Source: the human T2T-CHM13v2.0 reference genome, Homo sapiens. Taken from it: DNA of 64,000 bases. The stretch lies in NCBI RefSeq assembly GCF_009914755.1, contig NC_060934.1, one strand, 5' to 3'. Made by a program: the position numbers and the translations under genes. Position 1 is the first letter of the stretch, and each line of letters begins with the position of its first letter. The notes beneath the pieces were generated by a model. It saw only the letters and a list, made by a program, of their open reading frames with translations, ran no database searches and was not told the DNA's origin. Below are positions 52,971-64,000 of this stretch, piece after piece.

Positions 52971-55256
52971 TGTGGAATTTGCAAGTGGAGATTTCAAGCG
53001 ATTTGACGCCAATCTTAGACATGGAAATATCTTCATATTAAAAGTACACAGAGTCATTCTTAGAAACTAGTTTGTGATGTGTGCCTTCAACTCACAGAGT
53101 TTAACCTTTCTTTTCATAGAGCAGTTCGGAAACACTCTATTTGTAAAGTCTGCAAGTGGATATTTGGACCTCTTTGAGGCCTTCGTTGGAAACGGGATTT
53201 CTTCATATAACGCTAGACAGAAGAATTTTCAGTAACTTCTTTGTGTTGTGTGTATTCAACTCACAGAGTTGAACTTTTCTTTAGAGAGAGCAGAGTTGAA
53301 ACACTCTTTTTGTGGAATTTGCTAGTGCAGATTTCAAACACTTCGAAGACAGTGATAGAAAAGGGTATATCTTCGTATTAAAACTAGACAAAGTCATTCT
53401 CAGAAAACACTTTGTGATGTGTGTGTTCAACTCACAGAGTTTAACCTTTCTTTAATCGAGCAGTTTGGAAATACACTCTTTGTAAGTCTGCAGGTGGATA
53501 ATTGGCCCTCTTTGAGCCCTTCATTGGAAACGGGATTTCCTCATATAATGCTAGACAGAAGAATTCTCAGTAACTTCTTTGTGTTGTTTGTATTCAACTC
53601 ACAGATTTGAACCTTCCTTTAGAGAGAGCAGATTTGAAACACTCTGTTTTTGGAATTTGCAAGTGCAGATTTCAAGCGCTTCTAGGCCTATGGCAGAAAA
53701 GGAAATATGTTCGTTTAAAAACTACACAGAATCATTCTCAACAACTACTTTGTGATGTGTGCGTTCAACTCACAGAGTTTAACCTTTCTTTTCATAGAGC
53801 AGTTTGGAAACACTCTGTTTGTAAAGCCTGCAAGTGCTTTTTTGGACTTCATTGAGGCCTTCGTTGGAAACGGGATTTCTTCATATAATGCTAGACAGAA
53901 GAATTCTCAGTCACTTCTTTGTGTTGTGTGTATTCAAGTCACAGAGTTGAACCTTCCTTTAGACAGAGCAGGTTTGAAAAATTCTTTCTGTGGAATTTGC
54001 AATTGGAGATTTTAAGCGATTTGAGGCTAATCTTTGAAATGGAAATATCTTCGTGTAAAAACTACACAGAATCATTCTCAGAAACTGCTTTGTTATCTGT
54101 GCGTTCAGTTCACAGAGTTTCACCTTTCTCTTCATAGAGCAGTTTGGAAAGACTCTGTCTGTAAGTCTGCAAGTGATTAGTTAGACCCCTTTGAGGCCTT
54201 CGTTGGAAGGGGGATTTCTCATTTACTGCTAGACAGAAGAATTCTCAGTAAATCCTTTGTGTTGTGTGTATTCAACTCACAGAGTGGAACCTTCCTTTAT
54301 TCAGAGCAGTTTTGAAAAACACTTTTTGTGGAATTTGCAAGTGGAGATTTCAAGCGATTTGACGCCAATCTTAGACTTGGAAAAATCTTCATATTAAAAG
54401 TACACAGAGTCATTCGTAGAAACTAGTTTGTGATGTGTGCCTTCAACTCACAGAGTTTAACCTTTCTTTTCATAGAGCAGTTTGGAAACACTCTGTAAAG
54501 TCTGCAAGTGGATATTTGGACCTCTTTGAGGCCTTCGTTGGAAACGGGATTTCTTCATACAACGCTAGACAGAAGAATTCTCAGTAACTTCTTCTTTGTG
54601 TTGTGTGTATTCAACTCACAGAGTTGAACCTTTCTTTAGAGAGAGCAGAGTTGAAACACTCTGTTTTTGGAATTTGCAAGTGCAGATTTCAAGCGATTCT
54701 AGGCCTATGGCAGAAAAGGAAATATCTTCGTATAAAAACTACACAGAATCATTCTCAACAACTACTTTGTGATGTGTGCGTTCAACTCACAAAGTTTAAC
54801 CTTTCTTTTCATAGAGAAGTTTGGAAACACTCTGTTTGTAAAGCCTGCAAGTGCTTTTTTGGACTTCATTGAGGCCTTCGTTGGAAACGGGATTTCTTCA
54901 TATAATGCTAGACAGAAGAATTCTCAGTCACTCCTTTGTGTTGTGTGTATTCAAGTCACAGAGTTGAACCTTCCTTTAGACAGAGCAGTTTTGAAAAATT
55001 CTTTCTGTGGAATTTGCAAGTGGAGATTTCAAGCGATTTGAGGCTAATCTTTGAAATGGAAATATCTTCGTGTAAAAACTACACAGAATCATTGTCAGAA
55101 ACTGCTTTGTCATCTGTGCGTTCAGTTCACAGAGTTTCACCTTTCTCTTCATAGAGCAGTTTGGAAAGACTCTGTCTGTAAAGTCTGCAAGTGATTAGTT
55201 AGACCTCTTTGAGGCCTTCGTTGGAAGCGGGATTTCTCATTTACTGCTAGACAGAA

Positions 55257-58100
55257 GAATTCTCAGTAAATCCTTTGTGTTGTGTGTATTCAACTCACAG
55301 AGTGGAACCTTCCTTTATTCAGAGCAGTTTTGAAACACTCTTTTTGTGGAATTTGCAAGTGGAGATTTCAAGCGATTTGACGCCAATCTTAGACATGGAA
55401 ATATCTTCATATTCAAAGTACACAGAGTCATTCGTAGAAACTAGTTTGTGATGTGTGCCTTCAACTCACAGAGTTTAACCTTTCTTTTCATAGAGCAGTT
55501 GGGAAACACTCTATTTGTAAAGTCTGCAAGTGGATATTTGGACCTCTTTGAGGCCTTCGTTGGAAACGGGATTTCTTCATATAACGCTAGACAGAAGAAT
55601 TCTCAGTAACTTCTTTGTGTTGTGTGTATTCAACTCACAGAGTTGAACCTTTCTTTAGAGGGAGCAGAGGTGAAACACTCTTTTTGTGGAATTTGCTAGT
55701 GTAGATTTCAAACGCTTCGAAGACAGTGATAGAAAAGGATATATCTTCGTATTAAAAGTAGACAAAATCATTCTCAGAAAACTCTTTGTGATGTGTGTGT
55801 TCAACTCACAGAGTTTAACCTTTCTTTAATCGAGCAGTTTGGAAATACACTCTTTGTAAGTCTGCAGGTGGATATTTGGCCCTCTTTGAGCCCTTCGTTG
55901 GAAACGGGATTTCCTCATATAATGCTAGACAGAAGAATTCTCAGTAACTTCTTTGTGTTGTTTGTATTCAACACACAGATTTGAACCTTCCTTTAGAGAG
56001 AGCAGATTTGAAACACTCTGTTTTTGGAATTTGCAAGTGCAGATTTCAAGCGCTTCTAGGCCTATGGCAGAAAAGGAAATATCTTCGTATAAAAACTACA
56101 CAGAATCATTCTCAACAACTACTTTGTGATGTGTGCGTTCAACTCACAGAGTTTAATCTTTCTTTTCATAGAGCAGTTTGGAAACACTCTGTTTGTAAAG
56201 CCTGCAAGTGCTTTTTTGGACTTCATTGAGGCCTTCGTTGGAAACGGGATTTCTTCATATAATGCTAGACAGAAGAATTCTCAGTCACTTCTTTGTGTTG
56301 TGTGTATTCAAGTCACAGAGTTGAACCTTCTTTTAGACAGAGCAGTTTTGAAAAATTCTTTCTGTGGAATTTGCAATTGGAGATTTTAAGCGATTTGAGG
56401 CTAATCTTTGAAATGGAAATATCTTCGTGTAAAAACTACACAGAATCATTCTCAGAAACTGCTTTGTTATCTGTGCGTTCAGTTCACAGAGTTTCACCTT
56501 TCTCTTCATAGAGCAGTTTGGAAAGACTCTGTCTGTAAGTCTGCAAGTGATTAGTTAGACCCCTTTGAGGCCTTCGTTGGAAGCGGGATTTCTCATTTAC
56601 TGCTAGACAGAAGAATTCTCAGTAAATCCTTTGTGTTGTGTGTATTCAACTCACAGAGTGGAACCTTCCTTTATTCAGAGCAGTTTTGAAAAACACTTTT
56701 TGTGGAATTTGCAAGTGGAGATTTCAAGCGATTTGACGCCAATCTTAGACTTGGAAAAATCTTCATATTAAAAGTACACAGAGTCATTCGTAGAAACTAG
56801 TTTGTGATGTGTGCCTTCAACTCACAGAGTTTAACCTTTCTTTTCATAGAGCAGTTTGGAAACACTCTGTTTGTAAAGTCTGCAAGTGCATATTTGGACC
56901 TCTTTGAGGCCTTCGTTGGAAACCGTATTTCTTCATACAACGCTAGACAGAAGAATTCTCAGTAACTTCTTTGTGTTGTGTGTAATCAACTCACAGAGTT
57001 GAACCTTTCTTTAGAGAGAGCAGAGTTGAAACACTCTGTTTTTGGAATTTGCAAGTGCAGATTTCAAGCGATTCTAGGCCTATGGCAGAAAAGGAAATAT
57101 CTTCGTATAAAAACTACACAGAATCATTCTCAACAACTACTTTGTGATGTGTGCGTTCAACTCACAGAGTTTAAACTTTCTTTTCATAGAGAAGTTTGGA
57201 AACACTCTGTTTGTAAAGCCTGCAAGTGCTTTTTTGGACTTCATTGAGACCTTCGTTGGAAACGGGATTTCTTCATATAATGCTAGACAGAAGAATTCTC
57301 AGTAAATCCTTTGTGTTGTGTTTATTCAACTCACAGAATGGAACCTTCCTTTATTCAGAGCAGTTTTGAAACACTCTTTTTGTGGAATTTGCAAGTGGAG
57401 ATTTCAAGCGATTTGACGCCAATCTTAGACATGGAAATATCTTCATATTAAAAGTACACAGAATCATACGTAGAAACTAGTTTGTGATGTGTGCCTTCAA
57501 CTCACAGAGTTTAACCTTTCTTTTCATAGAGCAGTTCGGAAACATTCTATTTGTAAAGTCTGCAAGTGGATATTTGGACCTCTTTGAGTCCTTCGTTGGA
57601 AAAGAGATTTCTTCATATAACGCTAGACAGAAGAATTCTCAGTAACTTCTTTGTGTTGTGTGTATTCAACTCACAGAGTTGAACCTTCCTTTAGAGAGAG
57701 CAGAGTTGAAACACTCTTTTTGTGGAATTTGCTAGTGCAGATTTCAAACGCTTCAAAGACAGTGATAGAAAAGGATATATCTTCGTATTAAAACTAGACA
57801 AAATCATTCTCAGAAAAAACTTTGTGATGTGTGTGTTCAACTCACAGAGTTTAACCTTTCTTTAATCGAGCAGTTTGGAAATACACTCTTTGTAAGTCTG
57901 CAGGTGGATAATTGGCCCTGTTTGAGCCCTTCATTGGAAACGGGATTTCCTCATATAATGCTAGACAGAAGAATTCTCAGTAACTTCTTTGTGTTGTTTG
58001 TATTCAACTCACAGATTTGAACCTTCCTTTAGAGAGAGCAGATTTGAAACACTCTGTTTTCGGAATTAGCAAGTGCAGATTTCAAGCGCTTCTAGGCCTA
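55257..58100 (+). repeat. Partial third copy of the macro-repeat (offset 9840 from copy 2)
   Basis: ORF offsets 45953 to 55793 and 47989 to 57829 are 9840. Shared variants: ATTCAAAGTA, TTTAATCTT, GACTTGGAAAAAT, GAGACC, GGAAAAGAGA, GGAATTAGC. Confidence 0.88.
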
Positions 58101-61100
58101 TGGCAGAAAAGGAAATATCTTCGTATAAAAACTACACAGAATCATTCTCAACAACTACTTTGTGATGTGTGCGTTCAACTCACAGAGGTTAACCTTTCTT
58201 TTCAGAGAGCAGTTTGGAAACACTCTGTTTGTAAAGCCTGCAAGTGCTTTTTTGGACTTCATTGAGGCCTTCGTTGGAAACGGGATTTCTTCATACAACG
58301 CTAGACAGAAGAATTCTCAGTAACTTCTTTGTGTTGTGTGTATTCAACTCACAGAGTTGAACCTTTCTTTAGAGAGAACAGAGTTGAAACACTCTGTTTT
58401 TGGAATTTGCAAGTGCAGATTTCAAGCGATTCCAGGCCTATGGCAGAAAAGGAAATATCTTCGTATAAAAACTACACAGAATCATTCTCAACAACTACTT
58501 TGTGATGTGTGCGTTCAACTCACAGAGTTTAACCTTTCTTTTCATAGAGCAGTTTGGAAACACTCTGTTTGTAAAGCCTGCAAGTGCTTTTTTGGACTTC
58601 ATTGAGGCCTTCGTTGGAAACGGGATTTCTTCATATAATGCTAGACAGAAGAATTCTCAGTCACTTCTTTGTGTTGTGTGTATTCAAGTCACAGAGTTGA
58701 ACCTTCCTTTAGACAGAGCAGTTTTGAAAAGTTCTTTCTGTGTAATTTGCAAGTGGAGATTTCAAGCGATTTGAGGCTAATCTTTGAAATGGAAATATCT
58801 TCGTGTAAAAACTACACAGAATCATTCTCAGAAACTGCTTTGTCATCTGTGCGTTCAGTTCACAGAGTTTCACCTTTCTCTTCATAGAGCAGTTTGGAAA
58901 GACTCTGTCTGTAAAGTCTGCAAGTGATTAGTTAGACCCCTTTGAGGCCTTCGTTGGAAGCGGGATTTCTCATTTACTGCTAGACAGAAGAATTCTCAGT
59001 AAATCCTTTGTGTTGTGTGTATTCAACTCACAGAGTGGAACCTTCCTTTATTCAGAGCAGTTTTGAAACACTCTTTTTGTGGAATTTGCAAGTGGAGATT
59101 TCAAGCGATTTGACGCCAATCTTAGACATGGAAATATCTTCATATTAAAAGTACACAGAGTCATTCGTAGAAACTAGTTTGTGATGTGTGCCTTCAACTC
59201 ACAGAGTTTAACCTTTCTTTTCATAGAGCAGTTGGGAAACACTCTATTTGTAAAGTCTGCAAGTGGATATTTGGACCTCTTTGAGGCCTTCGTTGGAAAC
59301 GGGATTTCTTCATATAACGCTAGAGAGAAGAATTCTCAGTAACTTCTTTGTGTTGTGTGTATTCAACTCACAGAGTTGAACCTTTCTTTAGAGGGAGCAG
59401 AGGTGAAACAGTCTTTTTGTGGAATTTGCTAGTGTAGATTTCAAACGCTTCGAAGTCAGTGATAGAAAAGGATATATCTTCGTATTAAAAGTAGACAAAA
59501 TCATTCTCAGAAAACTCTTTGTGATGTGTGTGTTCAACTCACAGAGTTTAACCTTTCTTTAATCGAGCAGTTTGGAAATACACTCTTTGTAAGTCTGCAG
59601 GTGGATATTTGGCCCTCTTTGAGCCCTTCTTTGGAAACGGGATTTCCTCTTATAATGCTAGACAGAAGAATTCTCAGTAACTTCTCTGTGTTGTTTGTAT
59701 TCAACACACAGATTTGAACCTTCCTTTAGAGAGAGCAGATTTGAAACACTCTGTTTTTGGAATTTGCAAGTGCAGATTTCAAGCATTTCTAGGCCTATGG
59801 CAGAAAAGGAAATATCTTCGTATAAAAACTACACAGAATCATTCTCAACAACTACTTTGTGATGTGTGCGTTCAACTCACAGAGTTTAACCTTTCTTTTC
59901 ATAGAGCAGTTTGGAAACACTCTGTTTGTAAAGCCTGCAAGTGCTTTTTTGGACTTCATTGAGGCCTTCGTTGGAAACGGGATTTCTTCATACAACGCTA
60001 GACAGAAGAATTCTCAGTAACTTCTTTGTGTTGTGTGTATTCAACTCACAGAGTTGAACCTTTCTTTAGAGGGAGCAGAGGTGAAACACTCTTTTTGTGG
60101 AATTTGCTAGTGTAGATTTCAAACGCTTCGTAGACAGTGATAGAAAAGTATATATCTTCGTATTAAAAGTAGACAAAATCATTCTCAGAAAACTCTTTGT
60201 GATGTGTGTGTTCAACTCACAGAGTTTAACCTTTCTTTAATCGAGCAGTTTGGAAATACACTCTTTGTAAGTCTGCAGGTGGATATTTGGCCCTCTTTGA
60301 GCCCTTCTTTGGAAACGGGATTTCCTCATATAATGCTAGACAGAAGAATTCTCAGTAACTTCTTTGTGTTGTTTGTATTCAACACACAGATTTGAACCTT
60401 CCTTTAGAGAGAGCAGATTTGAAACACTCTGTTTTTGGAATTTGCAAGTGCAGATTTCAAGCGCTTCTAGGCCTATGGCAGAAAAGGAAATATCTTCGTA
60501 TAAAAACTACACAGAATCATTCTCAACAACTACTTTGTGATGTGTGCGTTCAACTCACAGAGGTTAACCTTTCTTTTCAGAGAGCAGTTTGGAAACACTC
60601 TGTTTGTAAAGCCTGCAAGTGCTTTTTTGGACTTCATTGAGGCCTTCGTTGGAAACGGGATTTCTTCATACAACGCTAGACAGAAGAATTCTCAGTAACT
60701 TCTTTGTGTTGTGGGTATTCAACTCACAGAGTTGAACCTTTCTTTAGAGAGAGCAGAGTTGAAACACTCTGTTTTTGGAATTTGCAAGTGCAGATTTCAA
60801 GCGATTCTAGGCCTATGGCAGAAAAGGAAATATCTTCGTATAAAAACTACACAGAATCATTCTCAACAACTACTTTGTGATGTGTGCGTTCAACTCACAG
60901 AGTTTAACCTTTCTTTTCATAGAGCAGTTTGGAAACACTCTGTTTGTAAAGCCTGCAAGTGCTTTTTTGGACTTCATTGAGGCCTTCGTTGGAAACGGGA
61001 TTTCTTCATATAATGCTAGACAGAAGAATTCTCAGTCACTTCTTTGTGTTGTGTGTATTCAAGTCACAGAGTTGAACCTTCCTTTAGATAGAGCAGTTTT

Positions 61101-64000
61101 GAAAAATTCTTTCTGTGGAGTTTGCAAGTGGAGATTTCAAGCGATTTGAGGCTAATCTTTGAAATGGAAATATCTTCGTGTAAAAACTACACAGAATCAT
61201 TCTCAGAAACTGCTTTGTCATCTGTGCGTTCAGTTCACAGTTTCACCTTTCTCTTCATAGAGCAGTTTGGAAAGACTCTGTCTGTAAAGTCTGCAAGTGA
61301 TTAGTTAGACCCCTTTGAGGCCTTCGTTGGAAGCGGGATTTCTCATTTACTGCTAGACAGAAGAATTCTCAGTAAATCCTTTGTGTTGTGTGTATTCAAC
61401 TCACAGAGTGGAACCTTCCTTTATTCAGAGCAGTTTTGAAAAACACTTTTTGTGGAATTTGCAAGTGGAGATTTCAAGCGATTTGACGCCAATCTTAGAC
61501 ATGGAAATATCTTCATATTAAAAGTACACAGAGTCATTCGTAGAAACTAGTTTGTGATGTGTGCCTTCAACTCACAGAGTTTAACCTTTCTTTTCATAGA
61601 GCAGTTTGGAAACACTCTATTTGTAAAGTCTGCAAGTGGATATTTGGACCTCTTTGAGGCCTTCGTTGGAAACGGGATTTCTTCATACAACGCTAGACAG
61701 AAGAATTCTCAGTAACTTCTTTGTGTTGTGTGTATTCAACTCACAGAGTTGAACCTTTCTTTAGAGAGAGCAGAGTTGAAACACTCTGTTTTTGGAATTT
61801 CCAAGTGCAGATTTCAAGCGATTCTAGGCCTATGGCAGAAAAGGAAATATCTTCGTATAAAAACTACACAGAATCATTCTCAACAACTACTTTGTGATGT
61901 GTGCGTTCAACTCACAGAGTTTAACCTTTCTTTTCATAGAGCAGTTTGGAAACACTCTGTTTGTAAAGCCTGCAAGTGCTTTTTTGGACTTCATTGAGGC
62001 CTTCGTTGGAAACGGGATTTCTTCATATAATGCTAGACAGAAGAATTCTCAGTCACTCCTTTGTGTTGTGTGTATTCAAGTCACAGAGTTGAACCTTCCT
62101 TTAGACAGAGCAGTTTTGAAAAATTCTTTCTGTGTAATTTGCAAGTGGAGATTTCAAGCGATTTGAGGCTAATCTTTGAAATGGAAATATCTTCGTGTAA
62201 AAACTACACAGAATCATTCTCAGAAACTGCTTTGTCATCTGTGCGTTCAGTTCACAGAGTTTCACCTTTCTCTTCATAGAGCAGTTTGGAAAGACTCTGT
62301 CTGTAAAGTCTGCAAGTGATTAGTTAGAACCCTTTGAGGCCTTCGTTGGAAGCGGGATTTCTCATTTACTGCTAGACAGAAGAATTCTCAGTAAATCCTT
62401 TGTGTTGTGTGTATTCAACTCACAGAGTGGAACCTTCCTTTATTCAGAGCAGTTTTGAAACACTCTTTTTGTGGAATTTGCAAGTGGAGATTTCAAGCGA
62501 TTTGACGCCAATCTTAGACATGGAAATATCTTCATATTAAAAGTACACAGAGTCATTCGTAGAAACTAGTTTGTGATGTGTGCCTTCAACTCACAGAGTT
62601 TAACCTTTCTTTTCATAGAGCAGTTGGGAAACACTCTATTTGTAAAGTCTGCAAGTGGATATTTGGACCTCTTTGAGGCCTTCGTTGGAAACGGGATTTC
62701 TTCATATAACGCTAGACAGAAGAATTCTCAGTAACTTCTTTGTGTTGTGTGTATTCAACTCACAGAGTTGAACCTTTCTTTAGAGGGAGCAGAGGTGAAA
62801 CACTCTTTTTGTGGAATTTGCTAGTGCAGATTTCAAACGCTTCGAAGACAGTGATAGAAAAGGATATATCTTCGTATTAAAAGCAGACAAAATCATTCTC
62901 AGAAAACTCTTTGTGATGTGTGTGTTCAACTCACAGAATTTAACCTTTCTTTAATCGAGCAGTTTGGAAATACACTCTTTGTAAGTCTGCAGGTGGATAT
63001 TTGGCCCTCTTTGAGCCCTTCGTTGGAAACGGGATTTCCTCATATAATGCTAGACAGAAGAATTCTCAGTAACTTCTTTGTGTTGTTTGTATTCAACACA
63101 CAGATTTGAACCTTCCTTTAGAGAGAGCAGATTTGAAACACTCTGTTTTTGGAATTTGCAAGTGCAGATTTCAAGCGCTTCTAGGCCTATGGCAGAAAAG
63201 GAAATATCTTCGTATAAAAACTACACAGAATCATTCTCAACAACTACTTTGTGATGTGTGCGTTCAACTCACAGAGGTTAACCTTTCTTTTCATAGAGCA
63301 GTTTGGAAACACTCTGTTTGTAAAGCCTGCAAGTGCTTTTTTGGACTTCATTGAGGCCTTCGTTGGAAACGGGATTTCTTCATACAACGCTAGACAGAAG
63401 AATTCTCAGTAACTTCTTTGTGTTGTGTGTATTCAACTCACAGAGTTGAACCTTTCTTTAGAGAGAACAGAGTTGAAACACTCTGTTTTTGGAATTTGCA
63501 AGTGCAGATTTCAAGCGATTCTAGGCCTATGGCAGAAAAGGAAATATCTTCGTATAAAAACTACACAGAATCATTCTCAACAACTGCTTTGTGATGTGTG
63601 CGTTCAACTCACAGAGTTTAACCTTTCTTTTCATAGAGCAGTTTGGAAACACTCTGTTTGTAAAGCCTGCAAGTGCTTTTTTGGACTTCATTGAGGCCTT
63701 CGTTGGAAACGGGATTTCTTCATATAATGCTAGACAGAAGAATTCTCAGTCACTTCTTTGTGTTGTGTGTATTCAAGTCACAGAGTTGAACCTTCCTTTA
63801 GACAGAGCAGTTTTGAAAAATTCTTTCTGTGGAGTTTGCAAGTGGAGATTTCAAGCGATTTGAGGCTAATCTTTGAAATGGAAATATCTTCGTGTAAAAA
63901 CTACACAGAATCATTCTCAGAAACTGCTTTGTCATCTGTGCGTTCAGTTCACAGAGTTTCACCTTTCTCTTCATAGAGCAGTTTGGAAAGACTCTGTCTG

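Larger units (their letters stand above)
1..64000 (+). repeat. Centromeric alpha-satellite HOR array, SF1 (J1/J2 dimeric); most likely human chr10 D10Z1 / S1C10H1L
   Basis: Alphoid consensus motifs (CATTCTCAGAAACT, TTCAACTCACAGAGTT, GCAGTTTTGAAACAC) recur every ~170 bp. EcoRI GAATTC recurs every 338-340 bp (268, 608, 947, 1287...). A CENP-B box lies in alternate monomers. HOR periods are 1357 and 1019 bp, with RsaI GTAC once per HOR (dimer C) and PstI CTGCAG in dimer D. The alpha-satellite call is certain. The chr10 assignment is recalled (about 0.8); D12Z3 is the other SF1 8-mer array. Confidence 0.99.

Noticed and set aside
1-64000. About 150 short ORFs (60-92 aa) recurring with the repeat
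   Set aside because: They are chance translations of alpha-satellite: overlapping frames, mostly TTG/GTG starts, no recognisable domain, and freely broken by SNVs.
226-64000. CRISPR-like regularly spaced conserved motif
   Set aside because: The intervening sequences are themselves tandem homologues rather than unique spacers, there are no cas genes, and this is eukaryotic satellite.
1-64000. L1, Alu or other insertions, or a novel gene system
   Set aside because: No non-alphoid stretch, poly-A tail or target-site duplication was seen, and dimer spacing accounts for the whole window.
1-64000. Alternative identity as D12Z3 (8-mer) or D1Z7/D5Z2/D19Z3/D7Z1 (6-mer or dimer SF1 arrays)
   Set aside because: Coexisting 1357 and 1019 bp units cut once by RsaI fit D10Z1 better. 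This is not excluded without an HMM or BLAST comparison to T2T HOR consensuses.

Overview
The whole 64 kb is one uninterrupted, single-orientation array of primate centromeric alpha-satellite (about 377 monomers of ~170 bp). It has the suprachromosomal-family-1 dimeric layout: ~340-bp EcoRI dimers with a CENP-B box in every second monomer. Four dimer types, which I label A (340 bp), B (339), C (340) and D (338), build a canonical 8-mer higher-order repeat (HOR) of 1357 bp, written A'BCD, where A' is the A dimer that follows D. A 6-mer variant ABC (1019 bp) is abundant. These unit sizes, with one RsaI site per HOR and a PstI site in D, best fit the human chromosome 10 active array D10Z1 (S1C10H1L); this is recognition from memory, not a database hit. 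I see no genes, RNA genes, transposons, CRISPR array or inversion, and all listed ORFs are by-products of the satellite. I found no new gene system. The interesting content is the internal architecture, read by eye: a homogeneous 6-mer-rich left domain, a diverged and rearranged middle zone (about 25-33 kb), an 8485-bp (50-monomer) tandem duplication, nested 1.7, 3.1, 9.8 and 18.7 kb duplications, hybrid-monomer junctions clustering near the CENP-B box, and clustered CENP-B box loss. All counts are manual and may be slightly off.
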